From positions 31,436,001 to 31,500,000 of the forward strand of contig CM119372.1 in the NCBI GenBank assembly GCA_051294905.1: DNA of 64,000 nucleotides, written 5' to 3'. The notes under the pieces are model-generated. The model worked only from the letters and a program-made list of their open reading frames with translations. It ran no database searches and had not been told where the DNA came from. The position numbers and the translations under genes were made by a program. The DNA comes from Botryllus schlosseri. Taxonomy: Eukaryota. Shown here piece by piece: positions 38,235-49,700 of this stretch. Within the stretch, counting starts at the first letter, position 1; the number at the start of each line of letters is the position of its first letter.

Positions 38235-41200
38235 ATTCGAGTCCACAGGTGCTCCGTAGCTGATAGCTGCGCACTATTTGCATCCGGACTTGCTCCGGAG
38301 CTGATAGCTGCGCACTATTTCAACTCAGACTTGCTCCGGAGCTGATAGCTGCGCACTATTTGAACCCAGACTACCTCTGGAGCTGATAGCTGCGCACTAT
38401 TTCAACCCGGACGTGCTCCTGAGCAGATAGCTGCGCACTATTTCAACTCAGACTTGCTCCGGAACTGATAGCTGCGCACTATTTGAACCCAGACGTGCTT
38501 TTGAGCTGATAGCTGCGCACTATTTCAACTCAGACTTGCTCCGGAACTGATAGCTGCGCACTATTTCAACTCAGACTTGCTCCGGAACTGATAGCTGCGC
38601 ACTATTTCAACTCAGACTTGCTCCGGAACTGATAGCTGCGCACTATTTGAACCCAGACGTGCTTTTGAGCTGATAGCTGCGCACTATTTCAACCCGGACT
38701 ACCTCTGGAGCCGATAGTTGCGCAAAATTCGAGTCCACATGTGCTCCGGAGCTGATAGCTGCGCACTATTTGAACCCAGACTACCTCTGGAGCTGATAGC
38801 TGCGCACTATTTCAACCCGGACGTGCTCCTGAGCTGATAGCTGCGCACTATTTCAACTCAGACTTGCTCCGGAACTGATAGCTGCGCACTATTTGAACCC
38901 AGACTACCTCTGGAGCTGATAGCTGCGCACTATTTCAACCCGGACGTGCTCCTGAGCTGATAGCTGCGCACTCTTTCAACTCAGACTTGCTCCGGAACTG
39001 ATAGCTGCGCACTATTTGAACCCAGACGTGCTTTTGAGCTGATAGCTGCGCACTATTTCAACTCAGACTTGCTCCGGAACTGATAGCTGCGCACTATTTG
39101 AACTCGGACTACCTCTGGAGCCGATAGTTGCGCAAAATTCGAGTCCACATGTGCTCCGGAGCTGATAGCTGCGCACTATTTGCATCCGGACTTGCTCCGG
39201 AGCTGATAGCTGCGCACTATTTGAACCCGGACGTGCTTTTGAGCTGATAGCTGCGCACTATTTCAACTCAGACTTGCTCCGGAACTGATAGCTGCGCACT
39301 ATTTGAACCCAGACGTGCTTTTGAGCTGATAGCTGCGCACTATTTCAACCCGGACTACCTCTGGAGCCGATAGTTGCGCAAAATTCGAGTCCACATGTGC
39401 TCCGGAGCTGATAGCTGCGCACTATTTGAACCCAGACTACCTCTGGAGCTGATAGCTGCGCACTATTTCAACCCGGACGTGCTCCTGAGCTGATAGCTGC
39501 GCACTATTTCAACTCAGACTTGCTCCGGAACTGATAGCTGCGCACTATTTGAACCCAGACTACCTCTGGAACTGATAGCTGCGCACTATTTCAACCCGGA
39601 CGTGCTCCTGAGCTGATAGCTGCGCACTCTTTCAACTCAGACTTGCTCCGGAACTGATAGCTGCGCACTATTTGAACCCAGACGTGCTTTTGAGCTGATA
39701 GCTGCGCACTATTTCAACTCAGACTTGCTCCGGAACTGATAGCTGCGCACTATTTCAACTCAGACTTGCTCCGGAACTGATAGCTGCGCACTATTTGAAC
39801 CCAGACGTGCTTTTGAGCTGATAGCTGCGCACTATTTGAACCCAGACTACCTCTGGAGCTGATAGCTGCGCACTATTTCAACCCGGACGTGCTCCTGAGC
39901 TGATAGCTGCGCACTATTTCAACTCAGACTTGCTCCGGAACTGATAGCTGCGCACTATTTGAACCCAGACTACCTCTGGAGCTGATAGCTGCGCACTATT
40001 TCAACCCGGACGTGCTCCTGAGCTGATAGCTGCGCACTATTTCAACTCAGACTTGCTCCGGAACTGATAGCTGCGCACTATTTGAACTCGGACTACCTCT
40101 GGAGCCGATAGTTGCGCAAAATTCGAGTCCACATGTGCTCCGGAGCTGATAGCTGCGCACTATTTGCATCCGGACTTGCTCCGGAGCTGATAGCTGCGCA
40201 CTATTTCAACTCAGACTTGCTCCGGAGCTGATAGCTGCGCACTATTTGAACCCAGACTACCTCTGGAGCTGATAGCTGCGCACTATTTCAACCCGGACGT
40301 GCTCCTGAGCTGATAGCTGCGCACTATTTCAACTCAGACTTGCTCCGGAACTGATAGCTGCGCACTATTTGAACCCAGACTACCTCTGGAGCTGATAGCT
40401 GCGCACTATTTCAACCCGGACGTGCTCCTGAGCTGATAGCTGCGCACTATTTCAACTCAGACTTGCTCCGGAACTGATAGCTGCGCACTATTTGAACTTG
40501 GACTACCTCTGGAGCCGATAGTTGCGCAAAATTCGAGTCCACATGTGCTCCGGAGCTGATAGCTGCGCACTATTTGCATCCGGACTTGCTCCGGAGCTGA
40601 TAGCTGCGCACTATTTCAACTCAGACTTGCTCCGGAGCTGATAGCTGCGCACTATTTGAACCCAGACTACCTCTGGAGCTGATAGCTGCGCACTATTTCA
40701 ACCCGGACGTGCTCCTGAGCTGATAGCTGCGCACTATTTCAACTCAGACTTGCTCCGGAACTGATAGCTGCGCACTATTTCAACTCAGACTTGCTCCGGA
40801 ACTGATAGCTGCGCACTATTTCAACTCAGACTTGCTCCGGAACTGATAGCTGCGCACTATTTCAACTCAGACTTTCTCCGGAACTGATAGCTGCGCACTA
40901 TTTCAACTCAGACTTGCTCCGGAACTGATAGCTGCGCACTATTTCAACTCAGACTTGCTCCGGAACTGATAGCTGCGCACTATTTGAACCCAGACTACCT
41001 CTGGAACTGATAGCTGCGCACTATTTCAACCCGGACGTGCTCCTGAGCTGATAGCTGCGCACTATTTCAACTCAGACTTGCTCCGGAGCTGATAGCTGCG
41101 CACTATTTGAACCCAGACTACCTCTGGAGCTGATAGCTGCGCACTATTTCAACCCGGACGTGCTCCTGAGCTGATAGCTGCGCACTATTTCAACTCAGAC

Positions 41201-42824
41201 TTGCTCCGGAACTGATAGCTGCGCACTATTTCAACTCAGACTTGCTCCGGAACTGATAGCTGCGCACTATTTCAACTCAGACTTGCTCCGGAACTGATAG
41301 CTGCGCACTATTTGAACCCAGACGTGCTTTTGAGCTGATAGCTGCGCACTATTTGAACCCAGACTACCTCTGGAGCTGATAGCTGCGCACTATTTCAACC
41401 CGGACGTGCTCCTGAGCTGATAGCTGCGCACTATTTCAACTCAGACTTGCTCCGGAACTGATAGCTGCGCACTATTTGAACCCAGACTACCTCTGGAGCT
41501 GATAGCTGCGCACTATTTCAACCCGGACGTGCTCCTGAGCTGATAGCTGCGCACTATTTCAACTCAGACTTGCTCCGGAACTGATAGCTGCGCACTATTT
41601 CAACTCAGACTTGCTCCGGAACTGATAGCTGCGCACTATTTCAACTCAGACTTTCTCCGGAACTGATAGCTGCGCACTATTTGAACCCAGACGTGCTTTT
41701 GAGCTGATAACTGCGCACTATTTCAACCCGGACTACCTCTGGAGCCGATAGCTGCGCATAATTCGAGTCCACATGTGCTCCTGAGCTGATAGCTGCGCAC
41801 TATTTCAACTCAGACTTGCTCCGGAACTGATAGCTGCGCACTATTTGAACCCGGACTACCTCTGGAGCCGATGGTTGCGCAAAATTCGAGTCCACATGTG
41901 CTCCGGAGCTGATAGCTGCGCACTATTTGCATCCGGACTTGCTCCGGAGCTGATAGCTGTCCACTATTTCAACTCAGACTTGCTCCGGAACTGATAGCTG
42001 CGCACTATTTGAACCCAGACGTGCTTTTGAGCTGATAGCTGCGCACTATTTGCATCTAGGCGTGCCCCGGAGCTGATAGCTGCGCACTATTTGAACCCAG
42101 ATGTGCTCCAGAGCTGATAGCTGCGCACTATTTCATCCCGGACGTGCTCCGAAGCTGATAGCTGCGCACTATTTGAACCCAGACGTGCTTTTGAGCTGAT
42201 AGCTGCGCACTATTTCAACTCAGACTTGCTCCGGAACTGATAGCTGCGCACTATTTCAACTCAGACTTGCTCCGGAACTGATAGCTGCGCACTATTTGAA
42301 CCCAGACGTGCTTTTGAGCTGATAACTGCGCACTATTTAAACCCGGACTACCTCTGGAGCCGATAGCTGCGCATAATTCGAGTCCACATGTGCTCCTGAG
42401 CTGATAGCTGCGCACTATTTCAACTCAGACTTGCTCCGGAACTGATAGCTGCGCACTATTTGAACCCGGACTACCTCTGGAGCCGATGGTTGCGCAAAAT
42501 TCGAGTCCACATGTGCTCCGGAGCTGATAGCTGCGCACTATTTGCATCCGGACTTACTCCGGAGCTGATAGCTGTCCACTATTTCAACTCAGACTTGCTC
42601 CGGAACTGATAGCTGCGCACTATTTGAACCCAGACGTGCTTTTGAGCTGATAGCTGCGCACTATTTGCATCTGGGCGTGCCCCGGAGCTGATAGCTGCGC
42701 ACTATTTGAACCCAGATGTGCTCCAGAGCTGATAGCTGCGCACTATTTCATCCCGGACGTGCTCCGAAGCTGATAGCTGCGCACTATTTGAACCCAGACG
42801 TGCTCCGGAGCTGATAGCTGCGCC
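38235..42824 (-). repeat. Right 41-bp tandem array (~112 units), inverted relative to the left array
   Basis: Core GCTGATAGCTGCGCACTATTT, period 41 (38298 to 38339), higher-order blocks. Confidence 0.97.
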
Positions 42825-42974
42825 TAAACGATACGTGACCTTTAAATGACCTGTATGTCTGCGATTTTTGGTGATAGCTGCGATAGCTGTGATAGCTGAG
42901 TATATCCACAAGTGATAGCTGCGATAGCTGCGGGAGCTGCGATAGCTGCGATAGCTGAGTATATCCACGGGGCC

Positions 42975-43600
42975 TTACAAAGTTATCTGTCTGAGTCAAA
43001 TTCCCCAAAAAGTCAATGACTGCAGGAGTACTCTAGTGGTAGGACCGAGAAATCAAAAAACCAGTCATGGAAATGTGCATAATATGACTGCTTTGGAATT
43101 GAATCATGTTGGGGGAAGGTAGCCTACATCAACATGGACCACATTCATCTCGATTTCTACAATATCGTCAACATGTAATTGAAGGTCATTCATTCTGATA
43201 TTGATTTACTGCTCATGCTCAAAGAGGTGACAAACTGCCCTGGGTCGAACGTCAATTGCTAGAGATTTGGGCTGAATATCATTACAAAGTTTGCTGTCTG
43301 TGCCAAATTCCCCAAAAAGTCAATGACTACAAGAATACTCGAGTGGTAGGACCGTGAAATCAAGAAACCAGTCATGGAAATGTGCAAATATGACCGATTT
43401 GGAATTGTACCATGTTGGGGGAATGTTGCCTACATCAACATGGACCACATTCATCTCAATTTCTACAATAGCATCAACATGCAACTGAAGGTTGTCCATT
43501 CTGATATTGATGTAGCCTACTGTGCCTGTGTGATGATGGGACTAACTACCTTGGTCCGAAAGTCAATTGCTTTATATTTTGACTGATCGTCATTCCGAAG
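42975..43600. repeat. Diverged ~307-bp tandem repeat inside the Harbinger element (first copy ~35320-35582)
   Basis: GGCTGAATATCATTACAAAGTT at 35481 and 43270; CCAGTCATGGAAATGTGCA at 43061 and 43368. Confidence 0.85.
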
Positions 43601-46504
43601 TTTGATGCTTGAGTCAACCCGCCAAAAATATGAATATACCACCAATCGAAATAAAGTGAATGATTAGATCGACTCTGAAAAATGCTTCGGTTGGCACTAT
43701 GATAAGGGATGTACAAATCTTACATATTCTATAACAAATCATCTTTTATCTCTAGCAAGGTGCTTACAATAATGCTTGAAAGTATGAATAGCATGGTATT
43801 TTATCTTGTCTAGAGCAGAAAATGTTAGGTGTGCACACTGTGCAGTACTCATGATTGAATGAAAAGGTTTTTACTTGGATGAGTTTGTATTTGTAGACTA
43901 TTTTCATTTCATGTGTTTGGCTATCATGATAATTTATTGTGTGATGATGAAGACCAGACCCTGGAGATTCCTATTTACTTGACAAAAATGCAAATTGAAG
44001 GATTTCAGTTCTTTTCAAACTGTTCAAGTATACAACATGGTCATGAACAATGAAATAAGTCTGTCGATTTGTGTTACTTTATCAGTTGAGAATGTTGAAT
44101 ATATGCTGTGCAGATATGGTAGTTGGATGGGATTGTCGGGCTATTGAGAGAACACAGTAATGGTGGAATCTCGGCAAGTTTTGCGCAATTGATTAGGGGA
44201 GCACTGATGATTCTCAAGGTGACAGTAAGGTACTCCCAAGAAATTAAGGAAGCACAGGACACTCATTCCGTTCGGGTTAGATTCGAATGTGGGTAAAACA
44301 ATGAAGGTGATATTCCACACTGTGAACACACAGAACAAGTTGTGCGGGGTGAGGACAGTGGGTGTAAAGAGCCATTGGCCCTCGATTTTTACAGACAGTG
44401 TGGTGTCAAATATATATTCATAAGCCAGGATATTGTAAATTTTCGCCCTGTCCTTCAATTTACCTCCTGGCAGGGCATCGCCAGTAAAGCCATGACTAAA
44501 TTTTGGAACTTTAAAAGCATGATGGCAAAGCTAGCAATGGTATTTGATTCGAAAATGGTTACAGAAATATAGCCGGAGTTTTGTGAATGTGCTCAGCTGC
44601 TCATCATTGAAATGGACATCGCGCTAGCGACCGCTGAGTTCCACAAAAACCTTGTTTTGTTTACCATTCGGTCGGCCTTGAGTAGCTTTTCAGGGGGCAA
44701 ATTGAGCATCTATTTACTGAACGCTAGCTCGTCTCAATTATCATCAGTTCGTCTGAACGGCGTTTAAATATCGATGGTGCATCGCGAAAAATTTTGAACT
44801 GATGTTTCGTTTGAGTTATGTTCGAGCGAACAGACGATCAGACTTGAACGTGTTCAATGTTGGTGCATACGGCCCTATATGTGGTTTACATTCTCATCGA
44901 TCCTATTGTGATCAATGTAATATACTTCATGTGATCTAGATTCATTTCGATATTGTTAAACATTCAACCTCGACGGATACGAATTGTCACACACTCAAGT
45001 AATATCATACCAAATAGTTATTTACAACAACCAAGACATAGAAAATTTGTTTTGGCCGTTTCGATTTTATTACTGGAGGTACTCATCACTTCGCCTAATA
45101 CAATCTAGATTTAAACTCCGTCTATAGTTTTGCTGGATACGAATTATGTTAGTGTAAACAATTTTCACTATCTTGGGTTATGAACTCAGTGTGTTAGCGG
45201 TCATTCAATATTTTGTTGTATCAACTAGTTACTTTGTAGGATACGAATGATCATCCCTACAACTCTTACAAAAGTACGAAGGATATTTACATCACGCAAA
45301 GTAATCAACTTTACTCGATATCCTCACACTACGAAACTAAATGTTTGGTTATACTCTACAAACTGTTTCTGATGTCACAAGAACTTTTTACACGAATGGT
45401 CACGCATCTAAATATTCAAATAATCCGACACACCTTACAGAAATATCATAGTTCTTGTAACAAAGTTGTATAAGCATAATGTTTATCGTAAGTCCTATAC
45501 AGTCATGATATCCGCCCGAGTTTGACTTTTAGAAAACATTATACCGACATCGATATATCTTTCAAAAACAAAAACCCTGTTCACTGCTCGAGAGGTCTAC
45601 CAACGTCATCGCAGTAATACATTTACTTCCACAAAAGAGTATGTATTCGACTTACGTTCCACAAATCTAACGCGCAAAACAATTTACTTTGCTAATGAAA
45701 AGTGCCGAGTCATCATATGGTTGTCCTCACAACAATACAACTAAAACATACTATCATACAAAATGGCCGTTATAGTTTGCTCACCAACGGTACATCGTAC
45801 AAGTAACAAGTCTCGAGAATCGATTTATTGAATAACGTGAAAGTGTTTTTTCCAGTGTCAAGTCGTTATGTTGATGAAAGCGTATATTGTCATATCATAC
45901 GATCAATTTGCATACGTTGGTCACAAACTGCCACTACTCTAAATAATTCTTTTTCACTCAAACACAAAAGTATACTTGTCACCATTCGTTTTCATCAAGC
46001 ACAAGTTCAAGAAACTTACTTACTACGACAAGGTTGTTATTTTTATGTTGTGTAAATAGGTAATAATTAATTTCAGTAACACTATATCAACATCATCGAG
46101 TTGTGCGAATAGTTTTACATGTGGTCTTGTGGTTTTAATCGAAGCACACTGCGTGGTCTAATGTAGAGTCATCTCTATTGTACAGCAACTCGGTAATCGA
46201 AATGCATGCATTAACATTTAAACAACGATCTTGGTTCGTCACGCGAAAAATATCTTTACTGTCGCGACACTCTGATACTCTGCACAAGATGTGTAAATCC
46301 TTTTCACACTCATAGCAATACAATAACGGGATACCAACGTCAATCGACAACGTTTAACAACATCACTAACACTGAACAAACGATACCTACCCAAGTAAAA
46401 TTACCATTTTCACCTGGAGGTCAGCAAAATACCATTGACCTTTGGAGATTTATCGTTTCCTCGGAGTAACAATGCATTTTCACTTGGTGATCAATCGTTT
46501 ATCC

Positions 46505-46695
46505 AGAGTGACAAACCCCTTTTCCTTTGGAAATCTATTTTTCCCTGGGTAACAAACCTTTTTCACTTGGAAATATATTTTTTTCCCTGGGTAACAAACC
46601 TTTTTCACTTGGAAATATATTTTTTCCCTGGGTAACAAACCTTTTTTACTTGGAAATATATTTTTTCCCTGGGTAACAAACCATTTTCACTTGGA
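46505..46695. repeat. ~41-42-bp tandem repeat, 4-5 units
   Basis: GGGTAACAAACCTTTTTCACTTGGAAATATATTTTTTCCCT repeated. Unrelated in sequence to the 41-bp foldback unit. Possibly subterminal repeats of an element starting near 46390 (CCCAAGTA). Confidence 0.85.
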
Positions 46696-48093
46696 TAAAC
46701 GATTTGCTCTCTGCTAGGTGAATTACTGGCTGAGTATCACTACAGCCTAAGAAACTGCACTAATTCTCATTTTAATGTCTTGCTGGTTATCTTGCTGTCA
46801 ATTCTAATAATTTGTTAATGTCTATACCAGTGCCGCCACTCAAATGTTTTGTTCTCTGTACACAGTATTGTTAGGTCTTCAGCTTTCCAGGCAGAGTATC
46901 ATTCCACTTTCTAGACTTGAGTATATATCTCTCCAACTAGCTGCCAAATAACTGATTCATTTGGATTGTTGAATTGATCATTTTTGACAGAATGTGAAGA
47001 AATTTTAGTCAAGAATTCTTTTTGTGTTAGTGGCTGTTTTCAAAGATTGCTGAAGTAGTCATCGTTGATCTTGATAATCAAGTAGAAGTGGCGATTGAAG
47101 TCAGTTCTCTAGTCATATAATAATAAAGAATATAATAATAAAAACTTGAAAACTTGAGTGGAAATAGTCCAGAATCAAATCCATTTTAGTAAGTATGGGT
47201 GAAAAAAATGTAGGAGTCATTCGTTACTCGCTACCTCTGCCATTTTCGCTGTACGAATGTCTTAGCTAATAATCGTCATTTTCATTTTATTTCTACAGGG
47301 TGTTGAAAAGGAAACGCCAGAGGGATTATCATCATCAGACGATGAAACCTTCTGATTACTGACTGTTCTCATAGTTTCATTTATTGCTACTTGGCCCTAC
47401 AAGTAATTTCGTTCGTTTCATTTTTTACACCGGCATTATTTACTTGCCAATTCGTTTTGAATTAACTTACCGCAAATGTGATTAATATGTAGTAGATAAA
47501 GTGGTGTGTGTGTGTGTGTGTACGCAGCCGTGATCAGGTTATCCCCAGTGGTAGAAAACAGGTTATTATATCAGGATATTCTTTTAATGTAGGATCTACA
47601 TTCTACTCACCATGTTTAAAGACTGTAGCATCTGCATAATATTTACATTATTGAAGGACATGGAAAAGACATTGAATTGGGTCGACACAAAATCCCCCTT
47701 TCTACGACCTGCCGAGATCTAATATCTACTATATCAGGCTCGGCTTTCTACATCTTTGTTCTGTACTGTGTTTACTTGGATGTTTCATGTATTTTGTCCA
47801 TACAGTTTCAACGGTGGTTGACGCTCAACGGTCCAACGAACGCTAAAAAGTCAAGCACCACTTATTCCTATTTGAATTACACTCGCTGTGCGGCAATAAT
47901 GTTAGACGATAAGATAGTTCCAAATCTTGTTTCTGAGCCATATTGACGGTGATGAAACATGTCATGCGGGCGACAATGCGGTATTAAAGGAACCTGCTAC
48001 CAAAATAATAGTTTCGCGAGAACATACATAGTTGAATCATTGTTGGTAATAAGCCAAAAAAGTTCCTAAATTCCTCTCTCTCTCTCATTAGAA

Positions 48094-49700
48094 CAGGGAC
48101 TGCCAACTGAAAACGGGTCGAGGGCCACTTTTCAAACTTCATAGAGTATGCGGGTCGTAAAATAGGCCACACTTTTAGCACGGGCATAGTTCCAACAAAA
48201 TAAGAAATATTTTATTAAAGAAATACTAATTCAACCGAGCGAGATAGTGTAATGGTGATGCGTACGGCTTCTTGAACGGTAGGTCGACGGCTCGATCCCC
48301 GGCCCGGTCAGACCAAAGACTCGAAAACTGGAATCCGCAGCTATCCTGCTAGGCGCTCAGCATCCAAGGATAGCATGGAAGAGAAGAAACGGAGGTGCAG
48401 ACTAGTGACCGCATGGTCGTATCGCATCTTCGTCGTCAAAGCACCTCGACAAAAATATCATGGTCAATTGGTCATGCATATAAAAGCATTTTCAAATATG
48501 TGCTGCAGATGATAGCTGACAATGCTTTTCAGCGACCAAGGAATTGATATTGGTCTTACGAGACACTGCACTAGCTGAAAGGCTATCTTCTCGAAAAGCT
48601 TTAATCCTGTGGGGAGTACTAATTAGGCCCTTTACTAAACGTCTCGGTCTTCGCAGTGTCTGGGTCATTGCACGTCATAGCAATTTTCCCAATTGCCCAT
48701 GCACATTCATATCAGTTGATTCTCCCTTGATGCTGTAGACATCGCCGACGCCGTTTCAGCTAGTGAGGGATATTGATGCTGGGCACTGATAATAGCTTAT
48801 TTTGAAACAGCAGCAACAATATTTTGTAGCTAAAATCAATTTCAGCAATTTAAAAGGCCTTGCTTAGCGTCCTTCCGTATGCGTTGTGAGAAATACAATA
48901 TATATCAAAGGAATCCACAAAACGTGCGGTATCCACTCAGAATCAGCGCCCTTAAACAATAAGACGTTAGCCTACCTACGATAAATACATTTTCCTCTCA
49001 ACACTTGATTGTTTCAACTATAATGGAGCTGAATTTTCTGCACTGAAGCAGTGCTTCTTAACTCAGGTCAATTAGTTTTTTTTGAATTCACTTTCCTCGC
49101 AACCAATTTGGTAAAATCAGCTTCCACGGCAGCGAGTGATGGAAAGACTGTTGTCAGTCCTTTACAAAAGATATTCAGCGCTTCATGATCTTTCGAGGGC
49201 TGAACTCGCTTTCAAGAAGCGTCGGAAGAGTTACTTCATAAATATGCTGCTCTACTGAGTGGGCTGTCTTTCACCGACCCCAGTTTAACAATCCCTGCTT
49301 TTTATGCTTGTATGTATAGTTGTATACACATGCTTTTTCACCTGAAACGCAGTCGTTTCAATTCCTGTCGGCGTTATTACTTCAATAATTATTAAAATCC
49401 AAATTATCAAAATGTAATATTTTGGCATTTTCAATATCTGGTTTCTCAAATGCCTAAGACCCTAAGTTAAACAAGCCTGTTCAAAATGCATTATTCGGTA
49501 ATAGACATTACAAAGCAAGAAATTGTGGAAATATCGAGCGTCGAGTAGAAAAATCTTTCGAGGCTCATTTCGTTACATATTTGTAGAGACTCTTGGAGAC
49601 ACAGAACTTCATTATAAAGTTCAATATCTCTCTCATATATGTAAATTCAGCAGAAGAACATGGAATTGGGCTCGTATGAGCTGCATAAAATAGGCGCTCA
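48094..49700 (-). pseudogene. Decayed hAT (SPIN/Buster-like) element with transposase remnants; far boundary uncertain
   Basis: Terminus CAGGGACTGCCAAC at 48094. Minus-strand fragments NINSLVAEKHCQLSS (C-terminus-like) and YCISH (CxxH-like motif). Confidence 0.5.
48234..48455 (+). mobile_element. tRNA-derived SINE with a Meta-type central domain
   Basis: A box TAGTGTAATGG, B box GGCTCGATCCC, then GGTCAGACCAAAGACTCGAAAACTGGAATCCGCAGCTATCCTGCTAGGCGCTCAGCAT, similar to the MetaSINE core as recalled. Confidence 0.8.

Larger units (their letters stand above)
35583..42974. mobile_element. Foldback-type non-autonomous element (probably Harbinger-related) with satellite-like inverted arms
   Basis: TIR GGCCCCGTGGATATACTCAGCTATCGCAGCT at both ends, ~140 bp of shared inverted unique sequence, then inverted 41-bp arrays. 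Flanked by a 90-bp direct duplication. Confidence 0.9.
34063..44875 (-). mobile_element. Decayed PIF/Harbinger DNA transposon hosting the foldback element
   Basis: Perfect 19-bp TIRs GGGCCGTATGCACCAACAT, 3-bp TSD TAT. Frameshifted minus-strand remnant LAAGSYVLSI/RQYGIGVSCTSKILL near 34820-34898 resembles the Harbinger transposase HTH region. Confidence 0.85.

Noticed and set aside
35723..42824. CRISPR array (constant repeat plus variable spacer appearance)
   Set aside because: The variable parts are a small set of mutually related variants reused many times, the arrays are inverted arms of a TIR element, there are no cas genes, and the context is eukaryotic.
46505..46695. Link between this ~41-bp repeat and the 41-bp foldback satellite
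   Set aside because: Similar period only. The sequences are unrelated.
47299..47355. Plus-strand terminal exon (GVEKETPEGLSSSDDETF*) after a strong acceptor
   Set aside because: I could not link it to upstream exons or a recognisable protein, so support is insufficient.
48234..48310. Functional tRNA gene
   Set aside because: A and B boxes are present, but there is no convincing acceptor stem and the sequence continues into a SINE core.
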